Positions 8,028 through 17,339 of a DNA stretch of 64,000 bases are shown piece after piece. The DNA is from Lentimicrobiaceae bacterium (lineage in GTDB: Bacteria; Bacteroidota; Bacteroidia; Bacteroidales; UBA4417): positions 3,030-67,029 of the forward strand of contig JAPXLB010000004.1 of assembly GCA_033809755.1 (NCBI GenBank), in the 5' to 3' direction. The translations under genes were made by a program, and so were the position numbers. The first letter of the stretch is position 1, and each line of letters starts with the position of its first letter. The notes beneath the pieces are model-generated. The model was not told the origin of the DNA. It searched no databases and was given only the letters and a program-made list of their open reading frames with translations.

Positions 8028-11024
8028 TTAAAATTTAGCGTTCAATCCTATTGAAACTGTTCTTGTTTTGGGATATACGTTGTATTGGTCAACTCCGTAC
8101 GACAAGCCGTCGATAAAAGTTTCTGGGTCTATGCCCGAATATCCTGTAATAGTAAACAGGTTGTTTGCCATAATGCTAAGGTTCAGACCTTTAAGCCATT
8201 TTATTTTTTCAACGTTGAAGTTGTATCCAATAGCTAAGTAATCCAAACGTAAGAATGAAGCATCTTCAAGGTAATAATCCGAGAAAATTACACTTTGGTC
8301 GGTTCTGCCCTTTTCGTACCAGTCAATAGCGTCGGGCGTTCCGTTGATTGAAGGCATATTGCCGGGTACATCGAAGAACATTCTTGTAGCATTAAAGACT
8401 TTGTTTCCAATCATAGAACGGAAAGCCAAGTCAACAGTCCAATTGTTAAACAATACAAATGAGTTTGACCATCCAATTTCTAATACTGGAGTTGCCGAGC
8501 CAACGAACGATCTTTTTGCTTCGACCAAATTCGTTGTGTAACCGCCTGAAAGCGAACGATAAACTGGCTTGCCATCTAATATAGACACAAATTCGGGTAG
8601 ATAAAATTCGCCAAATCCATGTCCAACTGCAATACCTGTGACGTAATATTGAGCTCCAATCATACCTCTACCGGTAAGCCATCCTTCGTGTCTAACTCCT
8701 GATGAGTCGGTTGCAAATTCTCCCAAATCGGTGAATTTCGATTTATTGTGAGATGCCGTTAAACTTGTTTTCCACGAGAAATTTTTATTGTCGATAACAA
8801 AAGCTTGAACAAATAATTCAACACCTTTATTGGTAACTGCTCCCGAGTTAGCAAAAGTTGTAGAAGCCAAGTTTGGTGGTACGGGAACGCTATACTGACC
8901 AAGCAAGTCGGTAGTGTTTTTTGAATATAATTCGATACTACCGCTAATTCTGCTGTTGAAAATTGCGAAGTCAATACCCAAGTTGATTTCTGATGTTCTT
9001 TCCCATTTCAAATTAGGGTTAGAGTTCCAAGCGGGTTGGTAAGAAATTACTTGTTCGCCTGTTTCAGGATTAATAGCTAAACCGCTGGGAGTCCATGATA
9101 ATCTGCTTCTATATTCTCCAATAGCTTGGTTTCCTGATACTCCGTAGCTGGCACGCAATTTAAGTTGATTTAACCACGAAACATCTTTTAGGAAGTTTTC
9201 GTTTTGCATATTCCAACCTAAAGCAAATGTTGGGAAAAGACCCCATTTGTTGTTTTCTCCAAATTTGGTTGAGCCGTCTCTACGTAGCGACGCCGAAGCG
9301 TAGTATGTAGAGTTAAAGTTATATTGAGCTCTAACAAACATACCGATTAATCGTGACATTCCGCGGTAAGAGCCAATATCGCCGTATTTAATGTCAGCTA
9401 ATGAGGATAAATTTTCGGCTCCAATAAAAGGTGATTGCGCATTTGAACCTTGTGCCCAAAATCCGTTGTAGTTGTTTTCTTGCCACGAGTGCCCGCCAAT
9501 AAGGTCAAGATTGTGTTTGTCGAAGTTTTTAATGTAAGTTAGTGTAGTTTCAATGGTTTTTTGTTCGTTGTTGGTGTAACCGTGACGACCATAACCATCG
9601 TCGGCAGAAGCGTAAACTCCTTTAGGACGGAAATATTTTGAGTGGCTGTCGTTACGCAAATACGATGCATTAACCGATAAAGTTAGGTCGGAGATGATTT
9701 CGTAGTCAGCTCTTATATTACCCAAGTAGCTTTTTAGGTTTCTAACGTTGGTAATCATATCAATAACGGCAAGCGGATTTTCGTAGTTAAACTCCCTTTG
9801 AGTTTTGTTGTATGTGCCGTCGGGGTTATAAACAGGGTCGGTTGGGTTGTGCGAAATAGCTTGATAAATAATATCATCTTTATCGTACCCGTCGTAGTTT
9901 TCGTAGTCGTTATTTTCAAACGATGTCATAATATTACCCGACAGATTTAGTTTGTCGTTGAGAGCTTTGTGAGTAACATTAAGTTTGGCAGTTGTTCTTT
10001 CTTTTTCAGTTCCTTTCATAACACCTTGCCAGTTGGCGTGTGTAACTGATGCGTAGTAAGAGCTATTTTCGCTACCGCCGCTAAAATTAAGGTTGTTGTT
10101 TGTAGTAATTCCTATTCTGTATATTTCGTCTTGCCAATCGGTGTTAGCACCGCCGTCGGTAAATATACTGTCAACAGTCCAGTTTGGGTGTTCAGCAAGA
10201 CTGTTTTGTAATTTTTGATTTGCAAAATCTCTTAGTTCGGAAGCAGAAAGAACGTCTAATTTTTTAGCAACCTTATCGAAAGATACTTGTGAGCTAAAGC
10301 CTGTAACAGTAGCACCTTTTTTCGCCGAACCTTTTTTAGTCGTGATAAGTATAACGCCGTTTGCTCCTTGCGAACCGTAAATAGCCGTAGAAGCAGCATC
10401 TTTCAATACGTTATAAGTTTCAATATCGCCAGGGGCGATAGCGGTCGGGTCAGCATTAGGAACTCCATCTATCACATACAGTGGAGACGTGTTGGAGTCG
10501 AATCCGGCAGAACCCCTAATTTTTACAGCAAATCCGGCATTAGGGTCGCCACCTTTTTTGGTAATTAAAACTCCGGCTGCCTTACCTTGCATTGCTTGAA
10601 TAGGGTCGGTAAGAAGACCTTTGTTTAGTTCATCCGATGTTAGGTGTGTGATAGCACCGGTTTTATCTGTCTTCTTTTGAGTTCCATAACCTATAACCAA
10701 AACTTCGTCAAGGTCGGTAACAGCAGTTTTTAGAGCAACGTTTATAACATTGTTGTCCGCCACAATTTCCTGACTTTCGTAACCAATAAACGAAAACACC
10801 AAGGTTTCTCCCTTATTGACGCTTATGCTGTAGTTTCCGTCAATATCGGTTAATGTACCCAAAAAAGTATCTTTAACCTGAATGGTTACTCCGGGTATTG
10901 TTGAACCGTCTTTCGCATCGGTTACTACCCCTCTTACATCTAATTGTTGAGAAAAGCCACTGAAAGCAAATCCCAACAGCAGGAATATCAGTAAGGATGT
11001 TTTAAAGAGTATATATCTTTTCAT
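8028..11024 (-). CDS. susC: SusC-type TonB-dependent outer-membrane transporter
   Basis: 998-aa ORF with a signal peptide and a carboxypeptidase-regulatory-like domain (VRGVVTDAKDGSTIPGVTIQVK). It has a plug region (VIGYGTQKKTDKTGA), SusC-typical NLSGGSENS-like motifs, and a C-terminal aromatic residue (LNAKF). Confidence 0.9.
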   Translation of the reverse strand: MKRYILFKTSLLIFLLLGFAFSGFSQQLDVRGVVTDAKDGSTIPGVTIQVKDTFLGTLTDIDGNYSISVNKGETLVFSFIGYESQEIVADNNVINVALKTAVTDLDEVLVIGYGTQKKTDKTGAITHLTSDELNKGLLTDPIQAMQGKAAGVLITKKGGDPNAGFAVKIRGSAGFDSNTSPLYVIDGVPNADPTAIAPGDIETYNVLKDAASTAIYGSQGANGVILITTKKGSAKKGATVTGFSSQVSFDKVAKKLDVLSASELRDFANQKLQNSLAEHPNWTVDSIFTDGGANTDWQDEIYRIGITTNNNLNFSGGSENSSYYASVTHANWQGVMKGTEKERTTAKLNVTHKALNDKLNLSGNIMTSFENNDYENYDGYDKDDIIYQAISHNPTDPVYNPDGTYNKTQREFNYENPLAVIDMITNVRNLKSYLGNIRADYEIISDLTLSVNASYLRNDSHSKYFRPKGVYASADDGYGRHGYTNNEQKTIETTLTYIKNFDKHNLDLIGGHSWQENNYNGFWAQGSNAQSPFIGAENLSSLADIKYGDIGSYRGMSRLIGMFVRAQYNFNSTYYASASLRRDGSTKFGENNKWGLFPTFALGWNMQNENFLKDVSWLNQLKLRASYGVSGNQAIGEYRSRLSWTPSGLAINPETGEQVISYQPAWNSNPNLKWERTSEINLGIDFAIFNSRISGSIELYSKNTTDLLGQYSVPVPPNLASTTFANSGAVTNKGVELFVQAFVIDNKNFSWKTSLTASHNKSKFTDLGEFATDSSGVRHEGWLTGRGMIGAQYYVTGIAVGHGFGEFYLPEFVSILDGKPVYRSLSGGYTTNLVEAKRSFVGSATPVLEIGWSNSFVLFNNWTVDLAFRSMIGNKVFNATRMFFDVPGNMPSINGTPDAIDWYEKGRTDQSVIFSDYYLEDASFLRLDYLAIGYNFNVEKIKWLKGLNLSIMANNLFTITGYSGIDPETFIDGLSYGVDQYNVYPKTRTVSIGLNAKF

Positions 11025-11080
11025 AGATTTAATATTTAGTTAATAGTTGATTAATTAATTTTATTACGTGTTCATAATTG

Positions 11081-11088
11081 CAAATTTA
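11081..11088 (-). promoter_or_regulatory. Candidate Bacteroidota -7 promoter box (TAAATTTG on the minus strand) upstream of susC
   Basis: Plus-strand caaattta is the reverse complement of TAAATTTG and matches the TAnnTTTG consensus. It lies 57 nt upstream of the susC ATG. Confidence 0.35.
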
Positions 11089-11153
11089 TATATATTTTTC
11101 TAAAGTACGGTTCAATAATAAATTTAATTATTTTTTCCTGTTAAAAAAGTTAG

Positions 11154-13967
11154 TTACAAACAAATTATTTTTGTCGTTTTTTTGAAGTTTCCGACAGTTA
11201 ATTCCACGACATATAATCCTTTTTTTGGAGCTTGCCATTTAATGTTGTTGCTGCCCGACATCACTCCGTTGAATATATCACAAACGTAGCTGCCATCGAC
11301 AGAAAAGGCTCTTAAACTTACTTTGTTATTGTCTTTTACTTGTAATAAAATGTTTGCATCGCCGTGGGTTGGGTTAGGATAGATGCTAAAATTTAAAAGC
11401 GAACTTTCAGGGATTTTTTTTTCGTAAGGAAAATCGATTTTAATATCGGAGTATAGTTTATAATCGCCTGCGTTGAGCAATATACTTTGATTTACATTGT
11501 CGATTATTATCGTATCGCCCGAAAATAGCTCGAACCAAGTGCCTGTGCGCTGAAATACAACGTTGGCTGTTTGTTGAGTAACGTCGAAGTTGCCGACAAC
11601 GACAATATTGTTTGCGGTATCCGACAAGTGTATTGTTTTTATTTTTCCCAAAAGATTTACATCAAAATTATTGGTTTGGAAAACCGGATTATTTTTCTTC
11701 AAATTTATGAGCAAAGAGTTTATTTCAAACAGGTAACGTCTGTTTTTATCGTCGAAATAATCCCATCGTACAGGTTTTGGAGTTAGCCTATCGTTAGAAG
11801 TTCCCGACGGATAGTTTATAGAGAAATCGTATCCCAACTCACCGAATTGCCACAACATTTTAGGACCAGGAATAGTGTAGAAAAATGTAGATGCCAAAGC
11901 CGCACGTTTAAGAGCTGTAGCTGTATTTTTAATATCGTATCCTTGTTGCGAATTTCCCCATTTTTGGCAACGGTAAACCTGTCGTTCTTCGTCGTGGCTT
12001 TCCATGTAAGAAATAAGGTGTGGTTTTTGCCATCCCCTTTTTGTATAAACTCCCGATGATAAATCGCTGTTATTAACGTATCCCATCATGGCTTCGCCGT
12101 AGTTGTAGTTTATATTTCCCCACAAGAGCATTCCTTTGTCGGATAATATTCTCTCTTCCGTATTGTCGGCGAAATGTTCTAAAATGACGTAGGTATTTGG
12201 ATTGTACGCTTTGATAGTATCGCAATATTTTGAAAGGATATTTACACGTGATGGGTCATATTGAGCCATAGCAGCTGAATTGCCGAGAGTGTTTTTCTGT
12301 GTAAATCCTTTTGATAAATCGAAACGGAAGCCATCGAAATTAAACTCTTTTATGTAGTATTTCAAGGCATCGCTAACTAATTTGTTGGAGAAATCCGACT
12401 CGTGATTTATGTCGTAACCGACGTTAAAATCGTGTTTTGGTATTTGGTTATAAACAGGATTGTTTCCTGCGGGTCTGTTGTTTTTGGCATCCCAATACAG
12501 TTGAACGTAGGGAGCAGTACCAAACGAATGATTGAAAACTACATCTAAAATTACGGCTATGTCGTTATTGTGGCACGAATCAATGAGCTCTTTAAGTTTG
12601 TTTTGGTGACCGTAGTATTTATCAATTGCGAAATAGTAATTTGGATTGTAACCCCAACTGTCGTTGCCTTCAAACTCAGTAACAGGCATAAGTTCTATTG
12701 CATTTACTCCTAATTTATTCAGGTAAGGTATTTTATCAATAACCGATTGGAAAGACCTTTGTTCGGAAAAATCTCTGATTAGCAACTCATAAATGATCAA
12801 ATTTTGCACTTCGGGAGCTTTAAAACTGCAATTGCTCCAATTGTACACATCTGGTTTAATTTTTAATGAAGATGCAATACCGTTGGTTTTGCCGTGTGGA
12901 TATGGTTTTATGTTAGGATACGTAGAGTTGGGAATATACTTGTCGTTCCACGGGTCGGCGACTTTATTGCAGTACGGGTCGCCAATTCTTATATTTTCAT
13001 CGACTAAATATTGGTAATAATATTCCTTGTCATATTGGAGATTTGAGACCTGAAGCCAATAATATTTTCCATCGGGCGTTCGGTTCATTTTGTAGTCGGT
13101 ATCAGGCAGCCAATTATTAAAATCTCCTATGATGTACACATTGTTCTTATAAGGAGCAAACAACGAAAATACTACAGTAGTGGAATCAACTACGTTAACG
13201 CCATTTTTTATTCCGTCAGGCATAGCGGCAATATTAGTCGGTGTGCTAACAACGTAGAAAAGCGTATCGAAAAACGTTTCGTTAGCTTTAACACCTTTCG
13301 CAACTATTCTGTTTTGATTGTTGTTTTGCGGAACAATATTGCATTCTATTTCATTAAGAGTATTTGCTGCAACAAGTTCGCCGTTATGATAAATCAGTAT
13401 TGAATCGGTATTGATAGAAGCAGCTTTAATATTGATAATTTCGCCGTCAGGCACAAAAACAAAGTTGCCGTCGGGTTCTATAATTTTAATATTGATTGTA
13501 TTAGGATAGACATCATAAAAAATATCGCCATTGTTTTCTGTTTTACCTTCTAACCAAGCTCCCGAGACCATATTTGCACTTCTGAAAACAAAAGCCATTT
13601 GCAAAATCGTATCAGTCGTAGGTACAGAGTAATACGAGCGTATATCGGGTTGTATAGTTAATTTCCACAAGTTTTCACCTATTTTTATAAGTTTACAATC
13701 GGGAGTATTTGTGCCCCAATTTGCTTTAACGTATTTCCAATCGGAAGGGCTAACACTTTTGTTTGTAATTACTCCGGTATGAGCATAAACGTCTCCATCG
13801 TAGTTTTCAAGTCCTTTATTTCCGAGCGTAGCATCAAAAATCACTTCAACACTTTGTTGCTGAGTTGGTAATGGAGGATGAACATAAATTTGAGAATTTA
13901 GTAAGGAATTACAAAACAAAAAAAGCGAAAAAACTAAAACTCCCTTTTTTATTGAAACTATACGCAT
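11154..13967 (-). CDS. Secreted multidomain GH13 alpha-amylase/pullulanase-like enzyme with a T9SS C-terminal sorting domain
   Basis: 937-aa ORF with a signal peptide. GH13 regions are present: VILDVVFNHS, FDGFRFDLSKG, YVILEHF and YMESHDEE. The C-terminal ~80 aa (FSIYPNPTHGDANILLQV...YVVELTVGNFKKTTKIICL) is typical of a Por/T9SS secretion tail. Confidence 0.85.
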   Translation of the reverse strand: MRIVSIKKGVLVFSLFLFCNSLLNSQIYVHPPLPTQQQSVEVIFDATLGNKGLENYDGDVYAHTGVITNKSVSPSDWKYVKANWGTNTPDCKLIKIGENLWKLTIQPDIRSYYSVPTTDTILQMAFVFRSANMVSGAWLEGKTENNGDIFYDVYPNTINIKIIEPDGNFVFVPDGEIINIKAASINTDSILIYHNGELVAANTLNEIECNIVPQNNNQNRIVAKGVKANETFFDTLFYVVSTPTNIAAMPDGIKNGVNVVDSTTVVFSLFAPYKNNVYIIGDFNNWLPDTDYKMNRTPDGKYYWLQVSNLQYDKEYYYQYLVDENIRIGDPYCNKVADPWNDKYIPNSTYPNIKPYPHGKTNGIASSLKIKPDVYNWSNCSFKAPEVQNLIIYELLIRDFSEQRSFQSVIDKIPYLNKLGVNAIELMPVTEFEGNDSWGYNPNYYFAIDKYYGHQNKLKELIDSCHNNDIAVILDVVFNHSFGTAPYVQLYWDAKNNRPAGNNPVYNQIPKHDFNVGYDINHESDFSNKLVSDALKYYIKEFNFDGFRFDLSKGFTQKNTLGNSAAMAQYDPSRVNILSKYCDTIKAYNPNTYVILEHFADNTEERILSDKGMLLWGNINYNYGEAMMGYVNNSDLSSGVYTKRGWQKPHLISYMESHDEERQVYRCQKWGNSQQGYDIKNTATALKRAALASTFFYTIPGPKMLWQFGELGYDFSINYPSGTSNDRLTPKPVRWDYFDDKNRRYLFEINSLLINLKKNNPVFQTNNFDVNLLGKIKTIHLSDTANNIVVVGNFDVTQQTANVVFQRTGTWFELFSGDTIIIDNVNQSILLNAGDYKLYSDIKIDFPYEKKIPESSLLNFSIYPNPTHGDANILLQVKDNNKVSLRAFSVDGSYVCDIFNGVMSGSNNIKWQAPKKGLYVVELTVGNFKKTTKIICL

Positions 13968-14037
13968 TTGATAAATATTTTGACAAAAACAAAGTTAATA
14001 TTGTTTGCTAAATAAATTAAAATTTCTAAAAATAAAT

Positions 14038-14045
14038 TAATTTTG
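14038..14045 (+). promoter_or_regulatory. Candidate -7 promoter box TAATTTTG upstream of the MFS transporter
   Basis: Matches TAnnTTTG. It lies 35 nt upstream of the ATG at 14080. Confidence 0.3.
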
Positions 14046-14079
14046 ACGCACAAAGATTGAATAATAATAAAATATAATC

Positions 14080-15624
14080 ATGAGACGTAAACCAAAATTG
14101 AGTTTTTGGCAAATTTGGAACATGAGTTTCGGCTTTTTGGGAATACAGTTCGGATTTGCCTTACAAAATGCTAATACAAGTCGTATTTTTGAGACCTTAG
14201 GAGCTCAAATAGATAAAATTCCTATTTTATGGATTGCTGCACCAATTACAGGACTGATTGTTCAGCCAATAATAGGTCATTTAAGCGATAAAACATGGAA
14301 CCGATTTGGAAGGCGGCGACCCTACTTTATGATTGGAGCCATATTTACGACCATAGCGCTTATAATTATGCCCAATTCGCCCGCACTGTGGGTAGCTGCA
14401 GGTATGTTGTGGATAATGGATGCGAGTATAAACATTTCAATGGAACCTTTCAGAGCTTTTGTTGGCGATATGTTGCCTTCGGAACAAAGAACTATAGGTT
14501 TCGCTATGCAAAGTTTTTTTATAGGTGTTGGAGCTGTCGTGGCTTCGGCATTGCCGTACATGCTAACAAATTGGTTCGGGATTTCCAACACAGCACCCGA
14601 AGGAGTAGTGCCTGTATCGGTTAAGTATTCGTTTTACATTGGAGCCGTCGTTCTGTTTCTTTCGGTATTATATACCGTTTTGAGAACCAAAGAATACTCG
14701 CCCGAGGAGTTAAAAGAATTTGAACTAGCCGAAAAAGCCGATAAAGGTATTATTGATATTGATGAAAAAGACAACTATTACGAAGATGTGTTTTTACCTA
14801 GTAAGGTTTTCTTCAAAAACGCTCTGCTATGGGGAGGTCTCGGATTAATAATTACTTTTCTGATATCTTACTTTTCGCTTGCAGGTGAACTGTTCATAAT
14901 AGGTGGATTACTTATATTTTTCGGACTTGCACTTTTGCTTTCGGGAAGTTTAGTTAAAAGAGATAAAACCAAAAATGGCTTAGTAGGCATTATGAACGAC
15001 CTTTTGAATATGCCAAAAACAATGGGACAGCTTGCTATTGTGCAATTTTTCACCTGGTTAGCTTTTTATGCACTTTGGATATATACAACTCCTGCTGTAA
15101 CACAACACATATACGGAACAACCGATAAAGCTTCGGCTTTATACAACGAAGGAGCCAATTGGGTGGGAATAATGTTTGCAGTGTATAATGGAGTTTCGGC
15201 TATTACGGCTTTTTTACTTCCGGCAATTGCACGAGTTATAGGTAGAAAAGCCACGCATACAATTGCTTTGATTATTGGAGGTTTGTCTTTCGTTTCAATG
15301 TATTTTATCTCAACACCCGAAATGCTTATTTTATCAATGATAGGCATTGGTTTTGCATGGGGAAGTGTGCTATCAATGCCGTATGCAATACTTACGGGTT
15401 CGTTGCCTGCACGAAAAATGGGAACCTACATGGGCATATTCAACTTTTTTATAGTCATACCGCAAATTTTAGCAGCAAGTATTTTGGGTTTCATAACCAA
15501 AACCGTTTTCGACGAAAAAGTTATTCTGACCATAGTATTGGCTGGAGTTTCAATGGTTATAGCTGGGCTTTGCGTCTTTATTGTTAACGATAAAGATGAT
15601 GTATACAAACTAAAAAGGAAATAA
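14080..15624 (+). CDS. MFS sugar (maltose/maltodextrin-type, SLC45/GPH-like) transporter
   Basis: 514-aa ORF with about 12 predicted hydrophobic spans and an SLC45-like N-terminus (FGFLGIQFGFALQNANTSRIFETLGA, GHLSDKTWNRFGRRRP). It is transcribed divergently from the amylase in the starch locus. Confidence 0.8.
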   Translation: MRRKPKLSFWQIWNMSFGFLGIQFGFALQNANTSRIFETLGAQIDKIPILWIAAPITGLIVQPIIGHLSDKTWNRFGRRRPYFMIGAIFTTIALIIMPNSPALWVAAGMLWIMDASINISMEPFRAFVGDMLPSEQRTIGFAMQSFFIGVGAVVASALPYMLTNWFGISNTAPEGVVPVSVKYSFYIGAVVLFLSVLYTVLRTKEYSPEELKEFELAEKADKGIIDIDEKDNYYEDVFLPSKVFFKNALLWGGLGLIITFLISYFSLAGELFIIGGLLIFFGLALLLSGSLVKRDKTKNGLVGIMNDLLNMPKTMGQLAIVQFFTWLAFYALWIYTTPAVTQHIYGTTDKASALYNEGANWVGIMFAVYNGVSAITAFLLPAIARVIGRKATHTIALIIGGLSFVSMYFISTPEMLILSMIGIGFAWGSVLSMPYAILTGSLPARKMGTYMGIFNFFIVIPQILAASILGFITKTVFDEKVILTIVLAGVSMVIAGLCVFIVNDKDDVYKLKRK

Positions 15625-15681
15625 ATCTTTTATTTATGATTAACTAATTATTAAGTTCAACAAAGCGAACGTAAAATAATA

Positions 15682-15689
15682 TATCTTTG
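15682..15689 (+). promoter_or_regulatory. Candidate -7 promoter box TATCTTTG upstream of pfk
   Basis: Matches TAnnTTTG. It lies 50 nt upstream of the ATG at 15739. Confidence 0.35.
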
Positions 15690-15738
15690 CAAGTGCTAAT
15701 AATTTAAAAACAACTTAATAAACACATATAAAAGAAAT

Positions 15739-16854
15739 ATGAAAAGAGTAATGATTGTAACGGGTGGTGGAGATTGTCCGGGATTGAATGCAGTTATACG
15801 AGCAATTGTTAAACGAGCTTCAAAGGAAAAAGGCTGGGAGGTAGTAGGTAGTATAAAGGCATTTGACGGGGTTTTGGTCGAGCCGACCGAAATAGTTGTT
15901 TTAGATGAGCGTAAGGTTGCCGGTATTCATTATCAAGGCGGAACTATATTACAAACTACAAATAAAGGAGGTCCTTTCAATTGGCCCTACAAAAATAGAG
16001 AAGGCAATATCGAATATGTTGACAGGTCTGAGGAGATGATTAGAAAACTGCGTTACATGGGAATAGATGCTGTTATTAATATTGGTGGCGACGGTTCGCA
16101 GCGAATATCACAGGCTTTATATGAAAGAGGATTAAACATAATTGGTGTCCCCAAAACCATTGATAACGACTTGTCGGCAACGGATTCTACTTTCGGGTTC
16201 CAAACGGCTATTGAAGTCGCTACCGATGCAGTAGATAAGTTGGTTACCACAGCTGCAAGCCATAATAGAGTTTTTATACTTGAGGTTATGGGACGTAACG
16301 CAGGTTGGATAGCTTTAAATGCTGCAGTTGCCGGCGGAGCGGAAGTCTGTTTAATACCCGAAATCCCTTACGATTTAGTGCATGTTTTAAGTAAACTTAA
16401 TTCCCGTTTCGTAAAAGGCAAAGGTTTTGCTATTATTGTTGTTGCCGAAGGAGCTCACCCCAAGGGTGGAGATGTTGTAAAGCAGAGAATACAAGAGGCT
16501 GGCTACGAAAACGTTCACTTGGGAGGTATCGGATTTAAACTTCAAGAAGATTTAAAAGCTGCCGGTTTTGAGCACGATATTCGTGTTACGGTACTTGGAC
16601 ACCTTCAACGTGGCGGAATACCTATTGCTTACGATAGAGTTTTGGCATCGCAGTTTGGAGTTAAAGCTTTTGAAATGGTGCTAAATCAAGAGTACGGACG
16701 AATGGTATCATATCGACATCCATACATCACAAGTGTTCCGCTTATTGAAGCAATTAGAGAACCAAACTTAGTTACACAAGGCACAGCTCTTATGAAAACC
16801 GCAAGAGGCTTGAATATAGGTTTTGGCGATGATGAGTCAGCATTAGAGGACTGA
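15739..16854 (+). CDS. pfkA: 6-phosphofructokinase (PFK family A)
   Basis: 371-aa ORF with TGGGDCPGLNAVIRA, NIGGDGS, GVPKTIDNDL, MGRNAGW and LGHLQRGG motifs. Confidence 0.9.
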   Translation: MKRVMIVTGGGDCPGLNAVIRAIVKRASKEKGWEVVGSIKAFDGVLVEPTEIVVLDERKVAGIHYQGGTILQTTNKGGPFNWPYKNREGNIEYVDRSEEMIRKLRYMGIDAVINIGGDGSQRISQALYERGLNIIGVPKTIDNDLSATDSTFGFQTAIEVATDAVDKLVTTAASHNRVFILEVMGRNAGWIALNAAVAGGAEVCLIPEIPYDLVHVLSKLNSRFVKGKGFAIIVVAEGAHPKGGDVVKQRIQEAGYENVHLGGIGFKLQEDLKAAGFEHDIRVTVLGHLQRGGIPIAYDRVLASQFGVKAFEMVLNQEYGRMVSYRHPYITSVPLIEAIREPNLVTQGTALMKTARGLNIGFGDDESALED

Positions 16855-16893
16855 AACAATTAGCAATTAACAATGCGCAATTAGCAATTACCC
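16855..16893. repeat. Period-7 repeat (AGCAATT units) immediately after the pfk stop codon
   Basis: aacaattagcaattaacaatgcgcaattagcaattaccc. Confidence 0.5.
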
Positions 16894-16939
16894 AGCTATA
16901 TGGGTTTTTGCCCATCTATGGATAATGAGCTATACCAGC

Positions 16940-17233
16940 TTAACAAATTAGTTTCTGATATTCTTCAACAAATTGCTTTATAATATTTTCGCTTTCTCCT
17001 GAGTCAGCAATGTGTGTAGGAATTTCAACTGTAAGGTTTACAAAATCTTTACTAACGAATCTGATAATTAATTTTTTTTCTTGTAAGAGGACTGATTTTC
17101 CAATAACAGATGTTATTTCAGATTTAGATTCGTCAATAGAATATTCCCATCCTAATTTTTCTAAAGCTTGCTTTGCTTTTTGAATAAAATTCACTTTATC
17201 AACACAAGGGTTGAATGTTAAAAATGCTTTCAT
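16940..17233 (-). CDS. Hypothetical small protein (97 aa)
   Basis: ATG-started ORF preceded by a conserved promoter/leader module. I recognise no family. Confidence 0.5.
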   Translation of the reverse strand: MKAFLTFNPCVDKVNFIQKAKQALEKLGWEYSIDESKSEITSVIGKSVLLQEKKLIIRFVSKDFVNLTVEIPTHIADSGESENIIKQFVEEYQKLIC

Positions 17234-17245
17234 ATTAATTATTTA

Positions 17246-17280
17246 TATTGATTAAAGTCCAAAATTAAAAAAATATTTAT
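17246..17280 (-). promoter_or_regulatory. Shared promoter/leader module, copy A (contains -7 box TAATTTTG on the minus strand)
   Basis: tattgattaaagtccaaaattaaaaaaatatttat matches 18512-18546 with 2 mismatches. Plus-strand caaaatta at 17260-17267 is TAATTTTG on the minus strand. Confidence 0.5.
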
Positions 17281-17339
17281 TGAATGTTTTTTTACAATAT
17301 AACATAAGTATAGAGCAAAAGACATACAAGCGTTTCAGA

